From positions 1 through 64,000 of the IMG/VR virus record IMGVR_UViG_3300047322_001237: a DNA stretch of 64,000 nt, one strand, 5' to 3'. The translations under genes and the position numbers were made by a program. This document shows, one piece after another, positions 8,535 through 17,606 of this stretch (position 1 is the first letter of the stretch; each line of letters opens with the position of its first letter). The notes under the pieces are model-generated. The model did not search any database. It had not been told where the DNA came from and saw only the letters and a list, made by a program, of their open reading frames with translations.

Positions 8535-9071
8535 TTAGCTGCCGAACACCTTCGCAGCGTCGTTCGCGAGCTGCTCCTTGACCTTCAGGAGTTCGCCGCG
8601 GCTCTTCGTGCCGTAGGTCTTGTAGCCCACGCGCAGCGAACCGAACGCCGTCTTCGTGCCGGCCGTAACCGAGCCGTCCGCATTACGTTCCGGCGTTTGC
8701 ACCTGACGCGAGCGGTCGTACGTGAAGTCGAAGCCGTCCTTGCCGATCGTCGGCAGTTCGAGCGTCGAGCGCTCGAGTTCCTTGTTGGCCTGCATCGCGT
8801 CTTGCGACAGCTGACCGAACGCGAGGCCGGCGGCCGCAGCGACGACCGTGTTGTGATCTTGCACGCTCTTGATGATCGGCACCACGTCGTTCTCGATGCC
8901 GGGGTACTTCGCCTTGATGTCGTCCGGAACCGCACGACCCAGGTTGTTGACGTACCAGCCTTCGGTCACGCTGCCGACGCCGGTCTTCGGGTCGAGCTTC
9001 ATTTCCTTCTTGATCTCGGCGGACAGTTCCGTCGTGGTCGGCTTGAACTTGATGTCGGTGGTCGTGGTCAT
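8535..9071 (-). CDS. Hypothetical protein, probably highly expressed
   Basis: 178 aa, strong GC3 codon bias like the sheath gene, RBS (AAGGA) and its own terminator. Confidence 0.8.
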   Translation of the reverse strand: MTTTTDIKFKPTTTELSAEIKKEMKLDPKTGVGSVTEGWYVNNLGRAVPDDIKAKYPGIENDVVPIIKSVQDHNTVVAAAAGLAFGQLSQDAMQANKELERSTLELPTIGKDGFDFTYDRSRQVQTPERNADGSVTAGTKTAFGSLRVGYKTYGTKSRGELLKVKEQLANDAAKVFGS

Positions 9072-9163
9072 GATTACAGATTCCTTATTTTGCGTTTGTT
9101 AATGCTTAATGCCCCGGGAATCGGGGCGGTGGTTTTTGGGAGGCGAATTACGGACGGCAGCCA

Positions 9164-9697
9164 TTACGACTTGTGAAAGTCCCTCCGCGTGCTGGTGCCG
9201 TTTGAATTGGGGTTGTATCGATTGGAGTACGGACGCGCACCTTCCCGAGGCGATCGTTCGCTCCGATAGGGTCTATTGCCGTTGTCGCGCTTGTAAAACT
9301 CCGAACTGCGGATGTGTTGCGTGGATGGCACAGCCACTTCAATGGGAGAGCTGGTGGAGATCCGAATCTTCTTCAGCCCAGGCGAGGAAATCAGGCGGCC
9401 CTTGACGGTAGCTGCGCCTTGCTCGAACGCCTTCTGCACGGAACCCTTGCCAAGCAATACCGTGTACTTGCCTTCCTGCTTGAAGAAGGCGATTTCCCCG
9501 TATTGCAGCTCCGGTGCAGCAGGCGCGTAGCATACACCGAAATTCTGCACGTCGGCGCCTGTCGGATCGAGTGTGTTCAGATCTTCGGGTTTGACTTCGA
9601 TTACGGGAGCCTGACGCATCAGGCCAACCAGCGACTTCACGAGATACTCTTCGCCTTTGAATTGCAGGCGAATCTCATCGCGTTTTTCCATGTTCAT
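9164..9697 (-). CDS. Hypothetical protein with basic disordered C-terminus
   Basis: Likely start ATG 9697 or 9691 rather than GTG 9778. C-terminus is rich in R/S/N/P. Confidence 0.65.
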   Translation of the reverse strand: MNMEKRDEIRLQFKGEEYLVKSLVGLMRQAPVIEVKPEDLNTLDPTGADVQNFGVCYAPAAPELQYGEIAFFKQEGKYTVLLGKGSVQKAFEQGAATVKGRLISSPGLKKIRISTSSPIEVAVPSTQHIRSSEFYKRDNGNRPYRSERSPREGARPYSNRYNPNSNGTSTRRDFHKS

Positions 9698-9838
9698 AGA
9701 GCTATTTGGTTTCCGGTTTAGTTCTAGCCATAACAAGGGGTTAACCGCGTAAAAATTCCCCAGGTTCCTTGAGAACACTGAGGTACCAGGTTCAAGTTAG
9801 TGATATGTGTTTGTTTTCGGTTTCAATCAGGTAAGCAG

Positions 9839-9878
9839 ACGGCATAAGCGCCAGCCGGTTTCCCGGCTGGCGTATGCC
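9839..9878. terminator. CATA-hairpin-TATG element
   Basis: acggcataag-cgccagccgg-tttc-ccggctggcg-tatgcc, just downstream of the protease/microprotein operon. Confidence 0.7.
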
Positions 9879-9884
9879 AGTCGA

Positions 9885-9974
9885 TTAGTCTTTCCAATTG
9901 TTGCCACAGTGCATGCAACACCACCAACCGTCCTCATGCTCCGCGAGCATGAAGCTTCCGCATCGGGGACACAT
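9885..9974 (-). CDS. 29-aa zinc-ribbon microprotein
   Basis: Hand-translated as MCPRCGSFMLAEHEDGWWCCMHCGNNWKD*. AAGGA RBS overlaps the protease stop codon. Fills the gap between that stop and a terminator. Confidence 0.7.
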   Translation of the reverse strand: MCPRCGSFMLAEHEDGWWCCMHCGNNWKD

Positions 9975-9985
9975 CGGTTAGTTCC

Positions 9986-10744
9986 TTACCAGTTCAGGTA
10001 GGCAGGCTTGCTACCGTTGTCCGACGCCCATCCGAGCGAGGTGAACAGCTCCTGAACGTTCAGGCGAACGGATTCCTGAGCGATGCCCTGTGCGGACGCA
10101 CGGTGCGCGCCTTCCAGGTGGCGGCGGGAGAACATCGATTCGGCGATCTCCTCGAGGGCGGGCGACTTGAACTTGTTGGCGATCGCAATGCCCGGTTCGT
10201 TCACGTAGTCCCACGTCACGATGTTCTTCAGCACGCGGTGCGTCGTGCGGCCGACCTGATCGTCACGCGTGAAGGCCCGGATCGAGAAGCAGACGTTCTC
10301 GTTCTTGTTCTCGAGCGAGCGACGCAGCGCGTCACCCTTCGGGCCGCTCGGGCAAACTTTACCGACGATCGCGATGCACTTGCGACCCTGCGGATCACGG
10401 ATGCGATCGAAGTCCAGCGTGATCTCCCTGATGTGGTGGGAGACGTCGCCTTCGTAGATCGACAGGATGCGTTGAGCGTACGAATCGTAGCTCTGGCCCG
10501 GCACCATCTTGGGATGGCCGTATTCACCGCGCAACGCGCCGTTGGCCACGCGTCGCATGAGCTGGCTGGAGCTCGTGAAAAGCTCCTTGGCGGGCTCGTA
10601 CGGATAGAACTGGTCGGCGGAGTTGTACACGTCCAGTCCGCCCAGCACCACCTCGTAGTAGCCGTCTTCGTCCGGTCGGAGATCACCGGCCTTGTTCGTG
10701 CCGTTGAGCGCCGTGAAACCGAAACGGATGTAGTTGTTACCCAT
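9986..10744 (-). CDS. Prohead (head maturation) protease, phiKZ gp175-like
   Basis: GEYGHP (His), FSIRA (Ser) and TWDYVNEPG motifs, plus synteny with the virion RNAP block. Confidence 0.9.
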   Translation of the reverse strand: MGNNYIRFGFTALNGTNKAGDLRPDEDGYYEVVLGGLDVYNSADQFYPYEPAKELFTSSSQLMRRVANGALRGEYGHPKMVPGQSYDSYAQRILSIYEGDVSHHIREITLDFDRIRDPQGRKCIAIVGKVCPSGPKGDALRRSLENKNENVCFSIRAFTRDDQVGRTTHRVLKNIVTWDYVNEPGIAIANKFKSPALEEIAESMFSRRHLEGAHRASAQGIAQESVRLNVQELFTSLGWASDNGSKPAYLNW

Positions 10745-10770
10745 GATGCGGTTCTCGTTCTAAAAAGGGA

Positions 10771-11499
10771 TCACTGCGTGAGGAGTGCATCCAGTCGCTC
10801 GACGCGCTCAGACGGGGAGACCAGAGCACTGACGACGCCGCGACTGAAGTAGCTGCCTGCGAGCTTGCTGAGGGTGTTGCTTGCTGCGAATTCGACTGAG
10901 CGCAGCGGAATGAAGACGGGCTTGTTCGTGTCCAAGTCCTTCATCTCCTTGACCGTCGTGCGGTAGTACTCGTGGCGATTCGCAGGGTTGCGCGCGACAA
11001 TGGAGACAAGCAACTCGGTCACTTCGTGATTTCCACCCACGTTGGCGCCGGCGTGATAGCGGGCCGTGTCGAAGATCCGGGCCATCTCGTTGTAGCCCAT
11101 GTACCAAGGCGTGTGACCGCCCTCGATGATCTCCTTGTAGACGCGATAGACAAGCGTGTCGGTCTTCACGAGATCGAGCGTCGGTGTGATCACCGCACCC
11201 TTTTCGAATTCGAATTCGAAGTACTCGTCCTCGTCGATCATGATCTTCATCATCGACGTGGGTTCGATCCGGATGAGCGCGTTCACCAGGGACACTGCGT
11301 AATAGCTGTCTTCGACGGTCATCGCGTAGATGCCGTAGATGTACGTCTCAATCCCGATCGAGGCCAGCCCTCGCTCGGCGAACCGGGTCGGGATGTAGAT
11401 CTTCACCGGTTCCTTGGCGATGAGCTGACCATCTTCCGTTTCCCGGAGAGCGTTCTTGACCCGTTCCGGGTCTCTGATAAGAGTTTTCGGATCCATCAC
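10771..11499 (-). CDS. Virion structural protein, phiKZ gp176-like
   Basis: 242 aa, between the protease and the gp177-like gene. Confidence 0.7.
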   Translation of the reverse strand: MMDPKTLIRDPERVKNALRETEDGQLIAKEPVKIYIPTRFAERGLASIGIETYIYGIYAMTVEDSYYAVSLVNALIRIEPTSMMKIMIDEDEYFEFEFEKGAVITPTLDLVKTDTLVYRVYKEIIEGGHTPWYMGYNEMARIFDTARYHAGANVGGNHEVTELLVSIVARNPANRHEYYRTTVKEMKDLDTNKPVFIPLRSVEFAASNTLSKLAGSYFSRGVVSALVSPSERVERLDALLTQ

Positions 11500-11529
11500 G
11501 TCCTCACGGAGAAACAGAAAAGCTCGCGC

Positions 11530-12963
11530 TTAGCCGACGACCTTCAATTGGGTGCCGACCCAGTACGCGATGTAGTTGATGACACTGGCTGCTGCCGCTT
11601 CACGCACGGAGATGTCCGGGTTCTCGCGCTTCGCTTGCTCGATGCCGACGAGGATGCGTTCCGCATCCGTCTTGAAAAACCGGGCACGACACACGAGGAT
11701 CAGGCAGGCGCTGTACAGATCGTTCAGGTCGCTCTCGCGCAACTTGGCGAGGCAATCCTTGAACAGACGGAGCACGGTTTCGCGGTTGGACGCGGTCGCT
11801 TCTTCGCCGTCGGTCACTTCCGAGAGTTGTGCGCGGAAATGCAGATCGAGCAGATCCTTGGTGACGTTGAATCGCTTGTTCGATTCCGCGGTGCGGGTGA
11901 TCGATGCGTGTGTGTTCCAGCGCTTGGCGAGCACTTCGCGCTGCGCCATGATCGCGTCGATCGAGGTCGCAAACGGAATGGCGAGCGAGTTCGCGAAGAG
12001 CATCTCGTTCGTACCGCCTTCTTCGAGGAAGCGGCGATAGACCGGCTCGTACACCACCGTCTTCGTGCCGACCACGTCGCGCACCAACTGACCCGACTTG
12101 GCCGAGCGTTCGATCTTGTCCAGCGCACGGCACAGTGCAGCACCAGCTTGATTGCGGAACTCGACGATCGTGTTCTGGTAGCTCGAGAGCGACATCGTGG
12201 TGCCCGCGAGAGGTTTGCCGTCGCTCAGCTTGCGTGCGATCAGGAACACGGTCAGTGCCACGTCCACGCCCTGCGCGCGATCCGTGACCCATTCGCCGAA
12301 CGAACGCACGCGCTCGCCGTCACGCGGGAATGTCTGTTGGAACAGGCTTGCCCAGACGTAGCGGAAGAAGTCGTCGCCCTTTTCCGCCATCCATTCAGCG
12401 ATGTCAGCGTCCAATCCACCTGCACCAGAGTGCATGATTTCGCGGATCTCATCCATCGACAGATCCGGCAGACGCAGCGTGAGCGAAGGGTTGTCGAACG
12501 ACAGACCTTCGAATTTACGGACAGCGCTTTGGAGCGCGCCGTTATCGAGCGGCTTGGGTTCGCGCAGCACTTCGACTTCCATACCGAGCAGCGACTGCTG
12601 GTTGACTTCGGCCAGTGACGCCTTCACGCGGGAATACAAATCGTTGATCGCCGGTGCGACGACCGTACGCGCAAACGCGATGTGTCCTTTCACTGCGGAG
12701 ATCGCGGTTTCGGCGATCGAATCGAGCACAACGTCGTGCTCGGAGCACTGCATCAACGGGTCGGTCGTGTTGGCCATCGTGCAGATGCTGCCGATGAGTG
12801 CACGGGGATCGCCGTTGGCAGCGATGAAGAGAGCCGAGTCCGAACGGGTCGACGAGCACAGCGCGTCAAGCGGCGTACCCGAAACCGGATACACGGCGAA
12901 GCCGCGTGCGTCCAGTCGCTCGGTCAGCGGCAGCGAAGCCATCAGGACTTTTTCGTTCAACAT
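11530..12963 (-). CDS. Virion structural protein, phiKZ gp177-like
   Basis: 477 aa, MLNEKVLMASLPLTERLDARG N-terminus, plus synteny. Confidence 0.7.
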   Translation of the reverse strand: MLNEKVLMASLPLTERLDARGFAVYPVSGTPLDALCSSTRSDSALFIAANGDPRALIGSICTMANTTDPLMQCSEHDVVLDSIAETAISAVKGHIAFARTVVAPAINDLYSRVKASLAEVNQQSLLGMEVEVLREPKPLDNGALQSAVRKFEGLSFDNPSLTLRLPDLSMDEIREIMHSGAGGLDADIAEWMAEKGDDFFRYVWASLFQQTFPRDGERVRSFGEWVTDRAQGVDVALTVFLIARKLSDGKPLAGTTMSLSSYQNTIVEFRNQAGAALCRALDKIERSAKSGQLVRDVVGTKTVVYEPVYRRFLEEGGTNEMLFANSLAIPFATSIDAIMAQREVLAKRWNTHASITRTAESNKRFNVTKDLLDLHFRAQLSEVTDGEEATASNRETVLRLFKDCLAKLRESDLNDLYSACLILVCRARFFKTDAERILVGIEQAKRENPDISVREAAAASVINYIAYWVGTQLKVVG

Positions 12964-12977
12964 GGTCTTCGCGTCCT

Positions 12978-13166
12978 TTACAGGTAGGTCTGCAGCGCGG
13001 CCTGAAACTTGGCCTGTGCGATTTGGTTGATCACATCCGTCGTGAGCGGCGTGCCCCCGAGGGTGTCTGCGACGTCGTTGCCGAGGACGCCCTGAACGAT
13101 GGTGCGCACGAGAGTCGTGGCATTCGCGAGCGTCACGAGCGTCTTTTCAGATTCTCTGGATTTCAT
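12978..13166 (-). CDS. Small hypothetical protein
   Basis: 62 aa filling the gap between the RNAP beta gene and the gp177-like gene, RBS upstream. Confidence 0.6.
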   Translation of the reverse strand: MKSRESEKTLVTLANATTLVRTIVQGVLGNDVADTLGGTPLTTDVINQIAQAKFQAALQTYL

Positions 13167-13242
13167 GAAAATTCCTATCAGCAGGACTAAATAAAACTAG
13201 AACAAACAGCAGACCCGAGGGTCCGCCGTTTGTCCGTGAGAT

Positions 13243-16200
13243 TTACGACCGGTAGAGTTCCACGGCCTTCTGGCCAATCACATCGAGCAAGGTCGTTGTG
13301 GTCGCGATGAGTTCCGGAGACGACACGATCCGGTCTGCAACAGACTTCGCGCCAAAGATCGCATCGACCTTCAGTCCGGATTCCGTTCTCAGCTCACGCT
13401 CCATCACCTGACCGAACACCGTTTTCAACTGGTTGCCGAACACGCCCTTGTCACCCACGCCAGCCGGGACGTCCGCAGTGATGTAGATCTGAATCGCTGC
13501 GGTGTCCAACTGAAGCGGAGTGCCTTCGACGCGGAAGCTTTCATCCACGCTGCCGGTGTAGCCCTTCTTGCCCACGGAGCGCGAACGCTTGATCATGGCC
13601 GCATCGGATGTGGCCGCGAGTTTCTGGAGCGAAGGCGACATGTCCTCCAGCTCCCCGTGGTAAAAGACCTCAATGCGCTCAACGATGCCCGCGGATTTCG
13701 CCTTGGGTGTTTGCTCGCTCAGCACACGCAGTGTGTCAAGAGACTCCTCGTCGAACAGACGGTTGCCCGCTGTCACGGCGTCCTCGATGACGCATAAAAT
13801 ATCCTCGGAGCCCAGAACGGCGCCTGGCTTTGTGAGCTTGTGGATCTCCTGATCGAAGTTGACGACGATGGTTCGCACCTTCGTCATCTGCGTGGTCAGT
13901 AGTTCCGAGACCTCTCTCGAGATCGCCGAAGAGTCTTCCAGCGTCACCATCGCTTCCATGAACACGGTCTTCACCGTGATCCCGGCCTTCCACACGACGC
14001 TTTCCGGATTCAGGACATCCGGCTCGAAGAAGCCGTCGTTGTAGGAGAGCAGGGTACCGGGTTTGAACGCTTGACCGGCCTTCATGTTGGTGTTGACCTG
14101 ATGCGGTACCACGAGACCTGCTGCATTGCCGTAGCGACGTCCCAGCTCAATGCCCTGGATCTCGCCGTCTTCGTACTGCACTTGCATGCCGTGCTCGTTG
14201 ACAGAAAGCACCTTGCCGCCTTTCTTCGCCGTGACTGCAAACAGGTCGCCCGCGCGATGAGCAATGACGCCCTCGTAACCCGTGCGAAGAGAGGCCTGCT
14301 TGTAACCACGACACGCGATGCCGTGACTCTGCTGAATGCCGATGAAGTTCACCCGCTTCGGATCGTCACGGTCGGCAGCCGGCGACAGCAGCGCTGACGT
14401 CGAGAGCAAAGCCGTCGCACCCGTTTTCTTCACGTCGTAGGGGCGGGAGACACCGCGCAACGAAGTGAACTGCGGATCCGCGCTGGTGTACGTGTTGATC
14501 GCCACGTCCGAGGAGTCGACGGTCGATTCCGAGATCGTCCCCATGTCGTTCTGGTGATAAGCACGGGTCGACTTCGTCATACTGCGCGAGCCTCGGCCAC
14601 CCACACCCGAGTACGTCACGGCTTCCATCTCTTTCAGGTTCTGGATCGGATTGATTTCCGACACCTGGATCTTTGCGGGATCCTGGGTGATGTTTTTCCA
14701 GACCTGGAACGGATGCAGGTCGATCGGCAGGCGCGACTTGCCAGCCCGGCCGTTGTGCACGCGAATCGAACGCACGATTTCCGAGTACACAGCACCCGCC
14801 ATCCGCTCGTAGCCCTTGATCCGCATGTAACGCGAATCGAGTTCGTCCGGATGGTGGTCCGTGAGCAGCATCTCGCAAGCCTTGAGCAACAGGCTCTGAT
14901 AATCCGTCGGCTCCTTCATGTCCATGAGCAACTCGCGCGTGATCGGATCGATGAAAAGCTGATACTGCAGATCGATCTCGCGCAGATAGCGCTGTGATGC
15001 GCCACCCGACTCCAGGACGTTCAGGTACACGCCACGCCGATCGAACTCGTGCACGTTGTACGTGCGCAGGCTCCGGTGATACTCATTGAAGCCGGCGAGC
15101 ACCATCGAGGCGAATGTCTTGTCGCGCGGGAACACCAGCGTCTCATCCGAGAACACCAGGCTGTATTCGTTCGGTTGAAGGTTGACGCGCTGTCCAGCCG
15201 GCACCCGGCGCGGCTCGACCTTGAGCATCTTCATCAGACGCTCTAGTCCCATTTCGTAGCCAAGCACCACGCCCAACGGAATTGTCCGGCCCAACACCTT
15301 CACTTCCGCGAAGTCGACCGGAGCCTTGGCCGGTTCCAGCTGAAGCATCTCCTCGATCGAAGGCAGCACCTGGGGCAAGCGCTTCTCGCCGCGGGTCGCT
15401 TCATACAGCGCGCCGTTGCGGTCCATCAACAGGAACGTGTTCGGCTTCTTGAGCGACTTGCCGCAGACTTCCATGCCGTGCTCAGCCATCAGCTTCAACG
15501 TGTCTTCGCCGTATAGTGCTACGCGCTTCGTGTGGTCGAAGTTCCATTCGAACCCGGCCAGCGTGAAGCCACGGAAGGACATCGCCAAGATGCTGTACAG
15601 ACGCGGACACGGGAACAGGTTGTCGAACACGTCTGCCATGTGCATGTTCGCGAGCAGGCTGTTGCCTTTCTCCAGACCGATGGCCCGAATGGAGTTACAC
15701 AGCCACGTGCCGTAGTCGTTAACGCGCTTCGGCGAACGGGAGACGAACACCTTGCCGTAGTAGCTGGTGAGTGCCACAGTCTCCGGGTCGATCTTGCGGA
15801 TCGGTAGGTCGCCGCGCTGCTTACGAACACGGTACTTCACGCCATTGCTGGTGAACGTGCCATCTTCAGCCAGCGTCGGCAGACGGAAGCGGAACGTCGA
15901 TTGCGCTCCATCGACGGGCGTAACACGAACTGTGTAGATCTTGTATTCGCCCATGACGTCATCCACGTCCTCGACCTCGTAGCCGGTGACGCAGAGACCA
16001 GCCTGCTGAAGGTTGAGCACCATGCTGGCGACATCCTTCTGCATGACCTTCTTGATGTAGTGCGAGTCGAAGACCATCAACGACGACTTGAGCATCGTCT
16101 TGTCCGGTACCGTCGCAACGTCGGGAAGTGCGGGCGATTCAGGAATCTGCACATCTTCCTGAGCGACCTGCGAGAAGTCACCCAGCGTCGACTTCCCGTC

Positions 16201-17601
16201 CGGAGCCACGATCTTCTTGTACGCCTGAGACAGTGCCTGATAGCGACGGTGTTCACCCGCGCTCAACATGCCCTGTTCCGCGAGGCGATCGCAGATCTTC
16301 ATCACAGCGCCTTCGGGACTGAGCGTCACGGGTGCTTCGACGGTCACTTCCTTGCGCGTTTCTTCGTCCGGATCGCTCAGATTCGCGATGTGCTCCAGCT
16401 GGTCCAGGTCCGCGTCGATCTGCTTCTCGAGCTCTGCGTCACGATGGATGTCAGTACCGCGCTCATCCGGTGCGTCTTCTTCGTGCTTGAGTGAGGCGAC
16501 CACGCGCATTGTCTTGCTGCGGTTCGCCAACTCTTCATCGTCGAGATCATCGTCCAGCTGCTTCGGTGCCTGGAAGTAGGTCGGAGCCTCGGTCGGTTGC
16601 TGTACCGTCTTGGTGATTTCGCCCGTGGTCGGGTTGACCGAGTCCACCACGTTGGTCGGTTCCTGCGGGGTCTCGCCCGATGCGGGTACTGCGCTGTCGC
16701 TCTCGGCCATGACTTCAGGCGCGGCTGCCGTACGGACTTCCATCAGCGACATGAGCATGCGCAGGAAGAAACGCTGCAGTCGAATGGGCGGGTAGCCGTG
16801 CTGGTTCGCTTCGGGGTTGACTTCCAGTTCGGTCGGCGTCGCAATCCGCCAGCCGTTGAGCGTGGCGAGGTTCACCACGAACCAGCGGCCGCTCTCTTCG
16901 AACAGGAGGTTGACGCGACCGATGTGCGCATCGCTCACGTGGGAGAGCATCGACGACTTGCGGTTCTCACCGAGCCACTTCCAGATTTCGAGAATCATCA
17001 GCGCTTCGTGCGAATTGAAACGCTTGATGAGACGCTGGTTGATGCCGCCGGCTTCGCCGACCTTCAGATCGGCCAGACACGGCAGGATCTTGGGCAGGGT
17101 GATCGGGATGAACTGATTCCGGTTGGAGCGCGCGGCGATGTCACCGACCTGGCTCCAGAGCGTCTCCGCGACGTTGTGCCACTGGTAATAGTTGGCGAAC
17201 AGCGATCGCGGGTAGCGATACATCCGCCACAGGAACGCGTAGTTCATCACGGCGAGCGTGTTGTCGTCCCGTGTGCCAGTCTCGAAATTCACGAGCTTCT
17301 TGTAGCGGCGATGCTTCTGAAACCACTGCGAGGACAGCAACGGCGTCGACGTCGGTATCAGACGCGGGTTGCCCTGATTCGCAGCCTGCTGGAAAACGTG
17401 AGAGACGACGATCGGTCGGGTGATTCCCCGGAACTCGATCTGGTTCGAATCCGGACCACTGTCGAGCGGGCCGCCGCCCATGAAGTGAAACAGGCTGCGC
17501 TTGGGCAGCGCCATTTGATCCATACCCGGCAGGGGCGGCTGGATCAGCTGTGCGGTGCGGCGCACGCCGTATCGTCGATAGAAGTATTCGTACAGGAACA
17601 T
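13243..17601 (-). CDS. rpoB: Virion RNA polymerase beta subunit, large part (phiKZ gp178-like)
   Basis: 1452 aa with beta-like motifs: RAYHQNDMGTISESTVDSSDVAIN, DRDDPKRVNFIGIQQSH, EDSSAIS and GVGDKGVFGNQLKTV. Confidence 0.92.
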   Translation of the reverse strand: MFLYEYFYRRYGVRRTAQLIQPPLPGMDQMALPKRSLFHFMGGGPLDSGPDSNQIEFRGITRPIVVSHVFQQAANQGNPRLIPTSTPLLSSQWFQKHRRYKKLVNFETGTRDDNTLAVMNYAFLWRMYRYPRSLFANYYQWHNVAETLWSQVGDIAARSNRNQFIPITLPKILPCLADLKVGEAGGINQRLIKRFNSHEALMILEIWKWLGENRKSSMLSHVSDAHIGRVNLLFEESGRWFVVNLATLNGWRIATPTELEVNPEANQHGYPPIRLQRFFLRMLMSLMEVRTAAAPEVMAESDSAVPASGETPQEPTNVVDSVNPTTGEITKTVQQPTEAPTYFQAPKQLDDDLDDEELANRSKTMRVVASLKHEEDAPDERGTDIHRDAELEKQIDADLDQLEHIANLSDPDEETRKEVTVEAPVTLSPEGAVMKICDRLAEQGMLSAGEHRRYQALSQAYKKIVAPDGKSTLGDFSQVAQEDVQIPESPALPDVATVPDKTMLKSSLMVFDSHYIKKVMQKDVASMVLNLQQAGLCVTGYEVEDVDDVMGEYKIYTVRVTPVDGAQSTFRFRLPTLAEDGTFTSNGVKYRVRKQRGDLPIRKIDPETVALTSYYGKVFVSRSPKRVNDYGTWLCNSIRAIGLEKGNSLLANMHMADVFDNLFPCPRLYSILAMSFRGFTLAGFEWNFDHTKRVALYGEDTLKLMAEHGMEVCGKSLKKPNTFLLMDRNGALYEATRGEKRLPQVLPSIEEMLQLEPAKAPVDFAEVKVLGRTIPLGVVLGYEMGLERLMKMLKVEPRRVPAGQRVNLQPNEYSLVFSDETLVFPRDKTFASMVLAGFNEYHRSLRTYNVHEFDRRGVYLNVLESGGASQRYLREIDLQYQLFIDPITRELLMDMKEPTDYQSLLLKACEMLLTDHHPDELDSRYMRIKGYERMAGAVYSEIVRSIRVHNGRAGKSRLPIDLHPFQVWKNITQDPAKIQVSEINPIQNLKEMEAVTYSGVGGRGSRSMTKSTRAYHQNDMGTISESTVDSSDVAINTYTSADPQFTSLRGVSRPYDVKKTGATALLSTSALLSPAADRDDPKRVNFIGIQQSHGIACRGYKQASLRTGYEGVIAHRAGDLFAVTAKKGGKVLSVNEHGMQVQYEDGEIQGIELGRRYGNAAGLVVPHQVNTNMKAGQAFKPGTLLSYNDGFFEPDVLNPESVVWKAGITVKTVFMEAMVTLEDSSAISREVSELLTTQMTKVRTIVVNFDQEIHKLTKPGAVLGSEDILCVIEDAVTAGNRLFDEESLDTLRVLSEQTPKAKSAGIVERIEVFYHGELEDMSPSLQKLAATSDAAMIKRSRSVGKKGYTGSVDESFRVEGTPLQLDTAAIQIYITADVPAGVGDKGVFGNQLKTVFGQVMERELRTESGLKVDAIFGAKSVADRIVSSPELIATTTTLLDVIGQKAVELYRS

Positions 17602-17606
17602 CTTGT

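Noticed and set aside
9807-10001. 64-aa plus-strand ORF in the track
   Set aside because: Spans a terminator hairpin and is antisense to the better supported zinc-ribbon microprotein.
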